64,000 nucleotides of DNA from Fibrobacteria bacterium (GCA_041746255.1 JBGTHM010000125.1:1-64000); one strand, 5' to 3'; counted from the first letter of the stretch, positions 39,518 through 49,746 are shown. Translations and numbers: made by a program. The notes: generated by a model from the sequence alone, not told the origin.

Positions 39518-39991
39518 ATGGATACCGCCGACGAAAACAAAACCCCATCAGCCGCCCAGCCTGTTCTCGATTACGCCGGGGTGCTTAAACTGTTACCGCA
39601 CCGTTACCCTTTTCTCTTCGTGGAGAAGGTCTTGGCCTTCGAAAAGGAAAAATCCATTCTGGGGCAAAAGAACGTGAGTTTCGGGGAACCGTTTTTTCAG
39701 GGGCATTTTCCGGACGAACCCGTCATGCCCGGCGTCTTGCAAGTCGAAGCCCTGGCTCAGATATCCTGCCTGCTGGTCTATCTCAGCTTTGGCGAAGAGG
39801 TGGCGGGCAAGCGTCCTGCTTTCACCGGCGTCGATGAGGCCCGCTTCCGTCGGCCGGTCCGGCCCGGAGACATACTCATGCTTCATGCCGAATTGGATCG
39901 GTACCGTCGCGGTTTCGCCACCCTGCGTACCTGGGCCGAAGTCGACGGAGTCCGTTGCGCCGAAGCGATTATCAAAGCCGCGATGGTCTGA
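39518..39991 (+). CDS. fabZ: 3-hydroxyacyl-ACP dehydratase
   Basis: LPHRYPFL, FQGHFP, MPGVLQVEALAQ. Confidence 0.95.
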   Translation: MDTADENKTPSAAQPVLDYAGVLKLLPHRYPFLFVEKVLAFEKEKSILGQKNVSFGEPFFQGHFPDEPVMPGVLQVEALAQISCLLVYLSFGEEVAGKRPAFTGVDEARFRRPVRPGDILMLHAELDRYRRGFATLRTWAEVDGVRCAEAIIKAAMV

Positions 39992-39992
39992 C

Positions 39993-40790
39993 ATGGCAGT
40001 CCATCCCACCGCGATAGTCCATCCCTCGGTGGAGCTTTTTCCGGATGTGAGTATCGGCCCCTATAGTATCGTGGAAGAGGATGTACAACTCTCCGAAGGG
40101 GTGCGTATCGGGGCGTTTTGCCGGCTTTACCCGGGGGCTCGCCTGGGCCGCGAAGTGGAATTGTACGACGGAGTTATCGTGGCTGGGGTGCCCCAAGACA
40201 TGAAATTCGGCGGGGAGAAAACGCAGGTGCATATCGGGGATAAAACCCGGTTGCGGGAATTCGTTACCGTGCATCGCGGCACCCGTGAAAGCGGGATGAC
40301 CCGGATAGGACGCGAGTGCATGATCATGGCGTACTGTCATGTTGCGCATGATTGCCGTCTTGGCGATGGCGTCATCCTTTCCAATGCGGTGCAGTTGGGC
40401 GGACATGTGAAGTTGGACGATCATGTGGTGGTATCGGGCATGACGGGAATCAGCCAGTTCATTCACGTGGGGCGGGGAAGTTTTATCGGCGGAGGGCTGA
40501 GGGTTGACCGCGACATCCCTCCCTGGTCCAAGGCGTTGGGGGAGCCTTTACGTTGGGCCGGAGTCAATGCCAAGGGATTGGCCAAGGATGGTTACGGCGC
40601 CTCGGCGGCGCTTTCGCTTCGCACCCTCTATAAGGTGATGTACGGGTCGGTAACGCAGGAGTTTCTGCTGCGTCTGCAAAACGGGGAGGGCGGGCTTCCG
40701 CCGGTCAGTCCGGAAATGCGGAGCGAAGTGATGGATTTCCTGGAGGCTCCGCGCAAGGGCCTGCTGTCCAGAAATACCCGGCGTCAGTAG
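39993..40790 (+). CDS. lpxA: Acyl-ACP:UDP-GlcNAc O-acyltransferase
   Basis: VHPTAIV, PQDMKF, REFVTVHRGT, HVAHDC. Confidence 0.95.
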   Translation: MAVHPTAIVHPSVELFPDVSIGPYSIVEEDVQLSEGVRIGAFCRLYPGARLGREVELYDGVIVAGVPQDMKFGGEKTQVHIGDKTRLREFVTVHRGTRESGMTRIGRECMIMAYCHVAHDCRLGDGVILSNAVQLGGHVKLDDHVVVSGMTGISQFIHVGRGSFIGGGLRVDRDIPPWSKALGEPLRWAGVNAKGLAKDGYGASAALSLRTLYKVMYGSVTQEFLLRLQNGEGGLPPVSPEMRSEVMDFLEAPRKGLLSRNTRRQ

Positions 40791-41199
40791 CCAACTCTGC
40801 CTGCAACACAGGCAGCAATTCATGCTTGGCCTTTTCAAAACAAAACACCTGGCGGAACATGGAATGACTGCGATGGTCCTCGGCCTTTTGCCGAACCCAC
40901 GCGGCGGCTACAGCTTGACGATTCTCGTCGTCGCACCGTTCTTCTTCTATCTGTTTTTTGATGATGGTGGATTGCTGCGTCATGTACTGTCGCATGCAAA
41001 AGGGCATGTTGAATTGGATGATGAAAATCTTGATCATCACCTCGAGTGCGCAGTGGCCTTCCACTTTCTGGAACTCTTCCATGAATTCGATGAGCTTGTT
41101 CCTGTGCTTACGGAGAAAGGGAAGAATCGAGGATTTCAGTTCCTCCATTTCCCCGGCTGCATAGGCCTTTTCAAGCTGGCTTACCATTTCAGATGGCAC
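40705..41199 (-). CDS. Hypothetical alpha-helical protein
   Basis: 164 aa, protein-like composition, GAGG upstream; 3' end overlaps lpxA by 86 nt. Confidence 0.6.
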   Translation of the reverse strand: MPSEMVSQLEKAYAAGEMEELKSSILPFLRKHRNKLIEFMEEFQKVEGHCALEVMIKIFIIQFNMPFCMRQYMTQQSTIIKKQIEEERCDDENRQAVAAAWVRQKAEDHRSHSMFRQVFCFEKAKHELLPVLQAELATDAGYFWTAGPCAEPPGNPSLRSAFPD

Positions 41200-41355
41200 G
41201 ATCGCACCTCACTGACGGAACGGGTTGCATTGGAATCCCAAAGCTAATTACGCACTAGTTATTATACCAAGTGGGAGGGATTTTTCTACCCGGAATACCG
41301 GCCCGGCCAGGTAGGCTTGAGGGCCATTGGAGGTTCTTGTATCGTTATGCTTTGG

Positions 41356-42405
41356 TTAGGGCTCCAGGGTGGAGCAGCATCGAAATCCGATGGCCTCGGT
41401 GGAGGCTTCGGGAAGGTGGGCAAAGCGTGCCGCGCAGGAGGAATTTCCGGACCCGGCTTCCCAATTACCGCCACGCACCACTTTATCGGGGTACTTTGCG
41501 CCCCAGTTTGAAGCCGTCCATTCGTATACGTTTCCCGACATATCGTAAACGCCATGGGGGCTGCGACAGACGGAAAATTCGCCTGAGGTATGAATGGTAT
41601 TGGATTGGGTGTTGCACGCTCCCTCCACATAGGCCGGGCCATAGGGGTACAAACGTTTTTCCGTACCGCGACAGGCCATGTCCCATTCTTCCTCCCGGCA
41701 GAGGCGCTTACCTTGGCTGGAACAAAGCGCGGAAGCTTCGCGAAAGTTTTTATTGGTCAAGGGTTGTTCGCCATAAAGATTGGGGTATTCGAAATGGTCG
41801 ATGCAGAAAGGCTTGAGTTGCGCTTTTCGACCCTCGCCGCTCGAGTCTGGATTGGGAATCGCCTTGGGAGGAGTTATTCTCGCCATATCCTTGCCGCAAT
41901 TGCCATGGTGGGTACCCAGGCCGCCATCCAAGCGTCGCATGGATTCAGGAAGTATCCAAAACACCAACTCCCCGATAGGGCATGAACACGACTCCTGATA
42001 GGAGGCTTGAACCGTTCCCTGGTCGGTGGAAATGAGTTCCGCATAGAAAGAATATTCGCCGTCTTTGAAATCGAGTCTGGATACCAGTACCAGATTGATA
42101 TTCTTCCGCGCCAGGGATTGTAGGGATGGCGGCGTCGATTCCTGGAGATAAAGGCGGGCGCGATAATCGGAGGGAAGTTCTACCACCTTTACGGAGCGGA
42201 TTTTCTCCGATTCTTTGCGAAGAATATGGTAGAAGGTTTCCCGTGCCTCCGGATCCAAGTGCCCGCTTTGCACGGGCATGACGGCCAGTTGGGGTTTGGG
42301 AGGATTACGATACATCTTATAACGAAAAACCCTTTCCACACCCGCGTCGGCGGCCATGGAAAGGGTTAATAAAAAGAGGATGGGGCGAAGCCGGGTAAGG
42401 CGCAT
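41356..42405 (-). CDS. Secreted FGE-sulfatase (SUMF1/EgtB/PvdO) domain protein
   Basis: Signal peptide; FCIDHFE, GKRLC.E.EW..AC, GVYDMSGNVYEW, RGG.W, GFRCC. Confidence 0.85.
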   Translation of the reverse strand: MRLTRLRPILFLLTLSMAADAGVERVFRYKMYRNPPKPQLAVMPVQSGHLDPEARETFYHILRKESEKIRSVKVVELPSDYRARLYLQESTPPSLQSLARKNINLVLVSRLDFKDGEYSFYAELISTDQGTVQASYQESCSCPIGELVFWILPESMRRLDGGLGTHHGNCGKDMARITPPKAIPNPDSSGEGRKAQLKPFCIDHFEYPNLYGEQPLTNKNFREASALCSSQGKRLCREEEWDMACRGTEKRLYPYGPAYVEGACNTQSNTIHTSGEFSVCRSPHGVYDMSGNVYEWTASNWGAKYPDKVVRGGNWEAGSGNSSCAARFAHLPEASTEAIGFRCCSTLEP

Positions 42406-42438
42406 ACCCCGTGATTCTACAGCTATTCCGGCTTCAAA

Positions 42439-45327
42439 TCACTTTTTTTGAGCTTTCTTCTTGGTCACCTTCTTGGCGGCCTTACGGGTAGTTTTGGGAG
42501 CTGCCTTTTTAACCGTCTTTTTGACGGTCGCCTTTTTTCGGGCGGGGGCGGCTTTTTTCACGGTCGCTTTTTTCTTGGCGGGGGCCGGTTTAGCAGCCTT
42601 CCGCGCCGGAGCGACCTTGACCTTGGTTTTACCGGCAACCTTTTGGGTGGATTTGGAGGCTGCGCGTTCTTCCAGCACGGCCTGCGCGGCGGCCAAGCGA
42701 GCTATCGGCACGCGATAGGGCGAGCAACTCACATAATCCAATCCCAGACGATGGCAGAACTTCACCGAAGAGGGATCACCGCCATGCTCGCCGCAAATAC
42801 CGACTTTGAGCTTGGGATTGCCTGAGCGGCCTCTTTCCACACCCATAGTGACCAGTTGGCCCACGCCTCTTTGATCCAAAACCTGGAAGGGGTCGTCGGG
42901 GAGGATTTTGCTGTCGGTGTAATGGCCCAGGAAAACGCCGGCGTCGTCGCGGCTGTATCCGAACGCCATTTGGGTGAGGTCGTTGGTGCCGAAGGAGAAG
43001 AAATCGGCTTCCTCGCTCAGCTCATCCGCAATCAGCGCCGCGCGCGGAATCTCAATCATGGTGCCGATGAGGTGTTCGATATTCTTGATGCCCTGTTCGG
43101 AACAGACTTCCGAAATCACGCGTTTCGCGTTTTCCTTCAGGATGGTCAGCTCCGCGCGGGCGCCTACCAGCGGAATCATGATTTCCGGAATCACCTTGAC
43201 TCCCTTGGATTTGACATTGATGGACGCCTCGATGATGGCGCGCACCTGCATGTCGTAAATCTCGGGATAGGTGATGCCCAGGCGGCAGCCGCGATGGCCG
43301 AGCATGGGATTCATTTCATGCAGGCTGGCGACCTTGTGCTTGATGGTATCCACGTTGACGCCCATGGTACGGGCCATTTCCGCTTGCTCCGCGTCGGTAT
43401 GCGGCAGGAATTCATGCAAGGGCGGGTCGAGAAGACGCACGGTAACGGGAAAGCCCTTCATGGCGATGAAGAGGCCTTCGAAATCCGCCCGTTGGATAGG
43501 CAGCAATTTCTTAAGGGCGGCTTTGCGGCCTTCCACGTCTTTGGCGAGAATCATTTCCCGGAAGAAGGAGAGGCGGTCGCCTTCGAAGAACATATGCTCG
43601 GTGCGGCAAAGCCCGATGCCCTTGGCGCCGAAACTGACGGCCACTTCGGCGTCTTTGGGAACGTCGGCATTGGCCCGTACTCCGAGGCGCTTAATCTGAT
43701 CCACCCATTCCATAAAAATCCCGAATTCGCCGGACAACGAAGCGGGTGTGGTATCGACCTTCCCCAACATCACCTCGCCCGAAGTGCCGTTGATGGAGAT
43801 CCAGTCTCCTTCAAGGATGGTATGTCCGCCTACCTTCACCGTGCGCGCATGCGAGTCGATGACCAGGGTGGAGCAGCCCGCAACGCAGGTCTTGCCCATG
43901 CCGCGCGCGACCACGGCCGCATGGGACGTCATGCCGCCACGACCGGTGAGAATGCCACGGGCGGAAATCATGCCCTCGATATCCTCGGGAGAGGTTTCCT
44001 GGCGCACCAAAATGGTTTGGCGGCCTTCTTCCATCCACTTCACCGAATCCTTGGCGGTGAAAACGACTTGCCCCGTGGCCGCTCCCGGAGAGGCGGGCAA
44101 ACCGATGGCGACCACATTCTTTTCGGCGCTGGGGTCGAAAGAAGGGTGCAGCAAATGGTTGAGGGAGTTGGCGTCCACCCGCATGATGGCTTCCTCTTTG
44201 GTGAGGACTTTTTCCTTGACCATGTCGACGGCGATTTTCACCGCGGCCGCGGCGGTACGTTTACCGTTACGGGTTTGCAGGATATACAGCTTGTTGTTCT
44301 CGATGGTGAACTCGATGTCCTGCATGTCGCGATAATGCGATTCGAGCAATTTGAAAATGCGGATAAGCTCCTTGTAGGAGTTCGGCATGGCCTCTTCGAG
44401 GGAAATTTGATCGGGCTCGGTTTTCGCCGCCGAAGCCACGGGCTGCGGCGTGCGAATGCCCGCCACCACGTCTTCGCCCTGGGCGTTGATGAGGTATTCG
44501 CCGTACAGAAGCCTTTCGCCGGTGGAAGGGTTGCGCGTAAAAGCGACGCCGGTGGCGCAATCGTCGCCCGCATTGCCGAAAACCATGGCCTGAACGGTAA
44601 CGGCCGTTCCCCATTCTTCGGGAATCTTGTTCATCTTGCGATAGATGATGGCGCGCTCGCTCATCCAGGAACTGAATACGGCTCCCACCGCGCCCCAGAG
44701 TTGGTCGAGAGGATTTTCCGGAAAAGGGCTGCCATGGCGCTGCAAGGTGATTTGCTTGAATTCAGCCACCAGGTTCTTTAGTTGCAAAGCGGTCAGTTGC
44801 GTATCTTCTTTCGCGCCGACGCTCAGTTTGGTTTCTTCCAGCACTTTTTCGAAATGCTCGGTATGCACTCCCAGAACCACGTCGGCGTACATCATGACGA
44901 AACGGCGGTAGGAGTCGTAGGCGAAACGGGCGTCGCCCGAAACGGCGATAAGGCCTTCGATGGTTTCATCGTTGAGCCCCAGGTTGAGAACCGTGTCCAT
45001 CATGCCGGGCATGGAGGCGCGGGCGCCGGAGCGTACGGAAACCAGCAGGGGGTTTTTCTTGTCGCCGAATTTTTTCCCTAATTCTTTTTCGATGCGGCCT
45101 AAATTGGCAAGCACCTGTTCCTTGACTCCGGTGGGATATTTACCGTTATTGGCGTAAAAACCGGTGCATACCTCGGTGGTAACGGTGAATCCCGGGGGCA
45201 CGGGCAACCCGATGGTGGCCATATCCGCGAGATTGGCGCCTTTGCCGCCCAAAAGCTCGCGCTGCCAGCCCTTGCCATCCGATTTTCCTTTACCGAAGTA
45301 ATAAACGTATTTGGCACCCTTGGCCAT
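42439..45327 (-). CDS. ppdK: Pyruvate, phosphate dikinase with Lys/Ala-rich C-terminal tail
   Basis: LLGGKGANL, SMPGMMDT, GGMTSHAAVVAR, GIGLCRTEHMF, FGTNDL, GICGEHGG. Confidence 0.97.
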   Translation of the reverse strand: MAKGAKYVYYFGKGKSDGKGWQRELLGGKGANLADMATIGLPVPPGFTVTTEVCTGFYANNGKYPTGVKEQVLANLGRIEKELGKKFGDKKNPLLVSVRSGARASMPGMMDTVLNLGLNDETIEGLIAVSGDARFAYDSYRRFVMMYADVVLGVHTEHFEKVLEETKLSVGAKEDTQLTALQLKNLVAEFKQITLQRHGSPFPENPLDQLWGAVGAVFSSWMSERAIIYRKMNKIPEEWGTAVTVQAMVFGNAGDDCATGVAFTRNPSTGERLLYGEYLINAQGEDVVAGIRTPQPVASAAKTEPDQISLEEAMPNSYKELIRIFKLLESHYRDMQDIEFTIENNKLYILQTRNGKRTAAAAVKIAVDMVKEKVLTKEEAIMRVDANSLNHLLHPSFDPSAEKNVVAIGLPASPGAATGQVVFTAKDSVKWMEEGRQTILVRQETSPEDIEGMISARGILTGRGGMTSHAAVVARGMGKTCVAGCSTLVIDSHARTVKVGGHTILEGDWISINGTSGEVMLGKVDTTPASLSGEFGIFMEWVDQIKRLGVRANADVPKDAEVAVSFGAKGIGLCRTEHMFFEGDRLSFFREMILAKDVEGRKAALKKLLPIQRADFEGLFIAMKGFPVTVRLLDPPLHEFLPHTDAEQAEMARTMGVNVDTIKHKVASLHEMNPMLGHRGCRLGITYPEIYDMQVRAIIEASINVKSKGVKVIPEIMIPLVGARAELTILKENAKRVISEVCSEQGIKNIEHLIGTMIEIPRAALIADELSEEADFFSFGTNDLTQMAFGYSRDDAGVFLGHYTDSKILPDDPFQVLDQRGVGQLVTMGVERGRSGNPKLKVGICGEHGGDPSSVKFCHRLGLDYVSCSPYRVPIARLAAAQAVLEERAASKSTQKVAGKTKVKVAPARKAAKPAPAKKKATVKKAAPARKKATVKKTVKKAAPKTTRKAAKKVTKKKAQKK

Positions 45328-45472
45328 AGAGAAACTCCCTTCTAATTCGACACGGTCAATTATTGAAAAAGCTCAATTTAATCGAAGGGACCGGCACCCG
45401 GCAAGTTAAGCGTCTGTTTTTTTCAATATGGAGTGGAACAGGGTGAGGTAATCACCCCAGTCGGTGTGGGGC

Positions 45473-46279
45473 TCAGGATAAACTAAGGCGTAGGATTCCG
45501 GAATCACGCGGGTCACGTTCAAAATTCGCGCGGGAATCGCCGCGAATTGAGCGATTATACAGCTCCCGTTCGGTTTTAAGGGCGCGAACGTGGAGGATTT
45601 CCTGTTCTAAGCGTCTGTACTCACCCAGCCGAACCTGAAAGCCAAGCAGCGAGTCGAACAGGTTCTGTGCATAGAAGGATTGAGAGTCATGGGCCAGATG
45701 CTCCTGGGTCTTTTCCAGGAGGGAGCGTAAGGGGGCGGGATTGGTAAATTCCTGATTTGAGTTTTTAGTGGCCAGGTAAATATGCAGTGATCCCCGGTGA
45801 AACTCGGGATGCACTTTGGCATCGGTGAGGCAGGCTTCATTGCGCAGGATTTTGGGGAAGAGAAAATCCTCCTCACTTCCGAGCAGGAGGATGAATTGCT
45901 GGACGAAATTTTTGAAATCACTTTGGATTTCGAGTAGCCACCCCCCTTCCGAAGAGGATGGGATGGAGTGGATATCCAGAATATGGCTGATATCGGGGAT
46001 ATCCTGCAGCAAAAAATTCCTATGGATTTCGGTAAGGAAATCACAGAGGAAATGGAGAGGCAGATGCTCCCAGTCGCTACCCGCAGCGGGAATTTCGGTA
46101 TCTTCCAGTTGCCGTAAGAAAAGTCCGCCGTCGAGGCCCGTGTATTGGAAAAAAAACTCGAGCCGCTGGTCCAGATAATTCCAAGGGCTTATCTCATACC
46201 GATTCAGCGATTCCAGCAGCATGGGACGGATTTTTAATGCGGTTCTCAGCGTAACGGTGGGAACTATCAGGTTTTTCAT
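45473..46279 (-). CDS. Ric/YtfE-like hemerythrin-fold protein, degenerate
   Basis: W..LPL..L.D…H, EEDFLFPKI, LEQEIL spacing typical of Ric. Confidence 0.55.
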   Translation of the reverse strand: MKNLIVPTVTLRTALKIRPMLLESLNRYEISPWNYLDQRLEFFFQYTGLDGGLFLRQLEDTEIPAAGSDWEHLPLHFLCDFLTEIHRNFLLQDIPDISHILDIHSIPSSSEGGWLLEIQSDFKNFVQQFILLLGSEEDFLFPKILRNEACLTDAKVHPEFHRGSLHIYLATKNSNQEFTNPAPLRSLLEKTQEHLAHDSQSFYAQNLFDSLLGFQVRLGEYRRLEQEILHVRALKTERELYNRSIRGDSRANFERDPRDSGILRLSLS

Positions 46280-46449
46280 GACAGCCGGGGCCTTCCTGGA
46301 AACCGCAAGCGGAGGGGACTGGCCTAAACTAGTCGGATCAGGAAGAAAAAAACATGCGATTTTTACTCACAGTACATTTTATAGTCAGAAGCGGCGAATA
46401 TTGCATTTTAACGAATAAATTCTGGGTCAATTAACCCCAGCTCGAGCCA

Positions 46450-47601
46450 TCAAAGCACCTGAAACCCCAATGTGACGAGTTTTTCCCGTAAGGGTTTCCG
46501 GTCGGAGGGAATTTCGGTTATTTCGAAATCGCGGGTTTCGAAACGAATGGGGTAGCGTTTTCGCAGCGAATCAAAGGCAATCGCCGGGTCAGGCTCCCGT
46601 AATGCCCTTCGCAGTGACGCATCGTCCACGTGGATGGGGTAGACGCGCTGGTAGCAATGGGAGATAAAATCCAGGTCGCTTTGGGCGCCGAATCCGGAGG
46701 AAAAAACGATTTGTTGGTCTAAAGGAGTAGGAATCCGGGGATTCCAGGCGGGAGTTCGGCCACAAAAGCGGTGATAGGCCTGGCTTAAGGCCAGGGTACC
46801 GTTTAATTTGCCGTGCACGGAATGTCCGGCAATATGCGGAGTTGCGAAAAAGGCGGAATCCACGGTAGCGGCTGCAATTGCGGGCTCATTTTCAAAAACA
46901 TCCAGGACCAGGGCTTTAAGCCGACCCGATTTCTGCATCGTGAGCAAATCGTTTTCGATCACCACTTCGCCTCTGCAGGTATTCACTACGACATTGAGAT
47001 TGGGAAAGGAGGATAACCAGGCGGCATCCACCATTCCCTGGGTGGCATAGGGTCCAGAGCGTGAAAGAGGAACATGAAAGGTGAGCAAGGTGCAGGTTTC
47101 GCGTAGCGTTTGCAATGAATCCAAACTTGATCCCGGCTCCCTCTCCTGGCGGGGCGGATCATAGCGTAAAACCCGTAACCCCAGGGCCTCCGCCGCAATT
47201 GCGGTCCGGGAACCTACATGACCGCAGCCCACAATGCCCAGGACATCGCTCCCCTCGGTCCAATAGCCTTTTTCCCGCAGTGCCAGGAGAGCCGCGGTCA
47301 CATAGTCCTTCACAGCGTCGGCATTACAACCCGGGGCGGCCGTGAAAGCGATATCCCGTCCGTTTAGGTAATTCAGATCGATATGGTCGGTTCCGATGGT
47401 CGCGGTGCCTACGAATTGAACCGGCGTGTCTTCCAACAAGCTGGCATCAACCAGGGTTATAGAGCGCACCATGAGGGCATCGGCCTCGGTGAGATCCGAT
47501 TTTTTCAGGTCTCGCCCCGCAAAAGGAACAACTTCGCCCAGGCCTGAAAAAGCCTCTCTTCCCTGGGGAATGTTTTCGTCCACAAAGATTTTACCGGGCA
47601 T
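46450..47601 (-). CDS. pdxB: 4-phosphoerythronate dehydrogenase
   Basis: DENIP, VRSIT, GTATIGTDH, APGCNA, GCGHVG, LDVFENEP, TPHIAGHS. Confidence 0.93.
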   Translation of the reverse strand: MPGKIFVDENIPQGREAFSGLGEVVPFAGRDLKKSDLTEADALMVRSITLVDASLLEDTPVQFVGTATIGTDHIDLNYLNGRDIAFTAAPGCNADAVKDYVTAALLALREKGYWTEGSDVLGIVGCGHVGSRTAIAAEALGLRVLRYDPPRQEREPGSSLDSLQTLRETCTLLTFHVPLSRSGPYATQGMVDAAWLSSFPNLNVVVNTCRGEVVIENDLLTMQKSGRLKALVLDVFENEPAIAAATVDSAFFATPHIAGHSVHGKLNGTLALSQAYHRFCGRTPAWNPRIPTPLDQQIVFSSGFGAQSDLDFISHCYQRVYPIHVDDASLRRALREPDPAIAFDSLRKRYPIRFETRDFEITEIPSDRKPLREKLVTLGFQVL

Positions 47602-47663
47602 GGATTCGGCTCTTGGTAGGTGGTTTCGGTGACAACGCTTGAGCAAGTTAGCATTTTTGCTTT

Positions 47664-48587
47664 ATGACCCGCCCTCCCCACGACCCTTCCCTAAACGCTA
47701 TGGCCGACGCCATGGTCGAGGCAATCAACCACGACGCATTGGCGAATATTTTCGAAAACAGCTGCCTGCCCGGGCGCCGGTCCATGGCTAAGTTGGTCGA
47801 TGCCCTGCTCGATCTGCTCTTTCCCGGGGTCTTCGGTGAAAAGCCGGTTAAAGAAAAGGAATTGCCTGGATACTTACGCGAAAATTTCCATGCCGTAGGT
47901 TCCGTTCTGGAAAATTATGTGGGCATGTGCTTAAGCTTCCGGCCCAAAACGGATGGATCGGTTACCGGGACGGAAATACCCGGACATGAAGTGACGGCGA
48001 AAGCCAAGGCTATTGTGGGGGAGTTCTTCCAAGCGCTGCCATGGATAAGGCAGGTTCTTTCCCATGATTTGCAGGCCGCCTACGAGGGCGACCCGGCTGC
48101 CGGATCCATTCTCGAAGTGCTGATGGGATATCCTTTCGTGGAGGCCATCGCCACCCATCGCCTCGCGCATGAATTGTACCGGCAGAAGGTTCCCCTATTG
48201 CCTCGCATGATGAACGAAGTGGCGCATTCCCGCACAGGCATAGACATCCATCCCGGCGCCACGATTGGGTCCGGATTTTTCATTGATCACGGCACCGGTG
48301 TGGTTATCGGTGAAACGTCGGTCTTGGGCAAAGGAGTGAAGCTCTATCAAGGTGTCACTCTCGGCGCTTTGAGTTTCCCCAAGGATAAAGATGGCAGTCT
48401 TATCAAGGGTGTGAAGCGGCATCCCAATATCGAAGACGGGGTGACCATTTACGCCGGTTCCACCGTTTTAGGCGGCCAGACGACCATCGGTAAGGGAAGC
48501 ACCATCGGCGGCAATTGCTGGATCACGTCATCGGTGCCTCCCGAAACCCTGGTGTTGGCAGAACATAATCGCCGCGAAAGGGCGTGA
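47664..48587 (+). CDS. cysE: Serine O-acetyltransferase (long EpsC type)
   Basis: GDPAA, TGIDIHPGA, FIDHGTGVVIGET, KRHP. Confidence 0.92.
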   Translation: MTRPPHDPSLNAMADAMVEAINHDALANIFENSCLPGRRSMAKLVDALLDLLFPGVFGEKPVKEKELPGYLRENFHAVGSVLENYVGMCLSFRPKTDGSVTGTEIPGHEVTAKAKAIVGEFFQALPWIRQVLSHDLQAAYEGDPAAGSILEVLMGYPFVEAIATHRLAHELYRQKVPLLPRMMNEVAHSRTGIDIHPGATIGSGFFIDHGTGVVIGETSVLGKGVKLYQGVTLGALSFPKDKDGSLIKGVKRHPNIEDGVTIYAGSTVLGGQTTIGKGSTIGGNCWITSSVPPETLVLAEHNRRERA

Positions 48588-48624
48588 CTTCCCTAAAAGC
48601 CTCGTCCGGGATTATAATGCGCTT

Positions 48625-49746
48625 ATGCCCATGCAAGCTTCCCCCGCCATCCGATTAGCTTTAATTGGTCCGGACGATTCCATTCGCTGCGGCATTGCCG
48701 ATTATGTTTTTGATTTGCGCTCCGCGCTGGCCGCGCGTTGCGACCTCAGATTTTTCGACTACGAGAGTTCCTTAAAAACCCAGGCCTTGTCGGAATGCCA
48801 GGCGCTGCTCGTGCATTACGAGCGTTCGCGGGTTCCCGGTCCCGGCTATTTGCGTAAGCTGTCGCTCCGCCATCCCGGAAAATTGTTCGTGGTTCCCCAT
48901 GAGGTGTACGGAAAAGATCCCCTGGCGTTTCCCTATGAAGGTCTTCGCAGCCGCCATTCGCTGGGCCTATTCCTCAAAAAGGCGCTGTATCGGTGGCGGC
49001 ATAGGGCCTATGCCCGGGAGAAGGAGTTGGAGGGCCAAGGATACCATGCCCGGGGCGTGATACCCCTTTCCGATCCGGCGGCGGCTGTGCTGCGGCGCAG
49101 CGGTGCGGGAAACGTATTGAAACCCGTGCCTCACGCCGCCTGGGAAAATCCGGGCCACTCCGTAACCGGAAAGTTATCCCTAGCAGGCAAGTTACCCCGG
49201 CGGGAGGAGTTGTTGCCGGCGCAACCCGATTTTGTAGCGGGTATTTTCGGTTTCCTCAATAGGGGAGTGGACTATTCCCTGGCGTTCACCATGCTGGAAC
49301 GATTTCCGAAAATGGGATTGTTGCTCCTGGGAGGCGATCGGGGCGGTGGAAACCTGCGCACCTGGCTGGAGGAGGAAATCCTGAGACGGGGATTGCAAGG
49401 CCGGGTGGGAATCTCGGGGTATATTGAAACCGAAGATACGCCTTATTATTGGAGTCTATGCGACTTGTTCCTCTGCCCTTTTCGGTTCAAGAGCAGTTCC
49501 GGCTCCATGCTGAGACTGGTGCATACCGGTAAGCCCATTGTCGCCGGAGATTTGGCGATTGTCCACTATCTTCAGGGGTTGGGGGCCCCGTTCCTCCTGT
49601 ATCGGAGCCAGGATGAATTGGCATCTTTGCTTAGGCGCGCGGGCGCCCGTACCCTGCCGGCATTTCCGAATACTTATCCGTTTAATTTCGCTACCGTGGC
49701 GGGCGAATACTTGCGCGTCATATCGGAAGCGTTAAAAATTGAATGA
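48625..49746 (+). CDS. GT-B (family 4-like) glycosyltransferase
   Basis: CGIADY, PHE, IFGFL, SSSG, GKPIV. Confidence 0.7.
   Translation: MPMQASPAIRLALIGPDDSIRCGIADYVFDLRSALAARCDLRFFDYESSLKTQALSECQALLVHYERSRVPGPGYLRKLSLRHPGKLFVVPHEVYGKDPLAFPYEGLRSRHSLGLFLKKALYRWRHRAYAREKELEGQGYHARGVIPLSDPAAAVLRRSGAGNVLKPVPHAAWENPGHSVTGKLSLAGKLPRREELLPAQPDFVAGIFGFLNRGVDYSLAFTMLERFPKMGLLLLGGDRGGGNLRTWLEEEILRRGLQGRVGISGYIETEDTPYYWSLCDLFLCPFRFKSSSGSMLRLVHTGKPIVAGDLAIVHYLQGLGAPFLLYRSQDELASLLRRAGARTLPAFPNTYPFNFATVAGEYLRVISEALKIE

Noticed and set aside
41356..42405. DGR target protein or active formylglycine-generating enzyme
   Set aside because: No reverse transcriptase or template repeat seen; the FGE catalytic Cys pair after RGG is absent.
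42856..44781. 641-aa plus-strand ORF (likewise 25315-26481, 12799-13914 and 30502-31473)
   Set aside because: In-register antisense shadows of ppdK, lysS, putA and clpC, expected from GC-rich codon bias.
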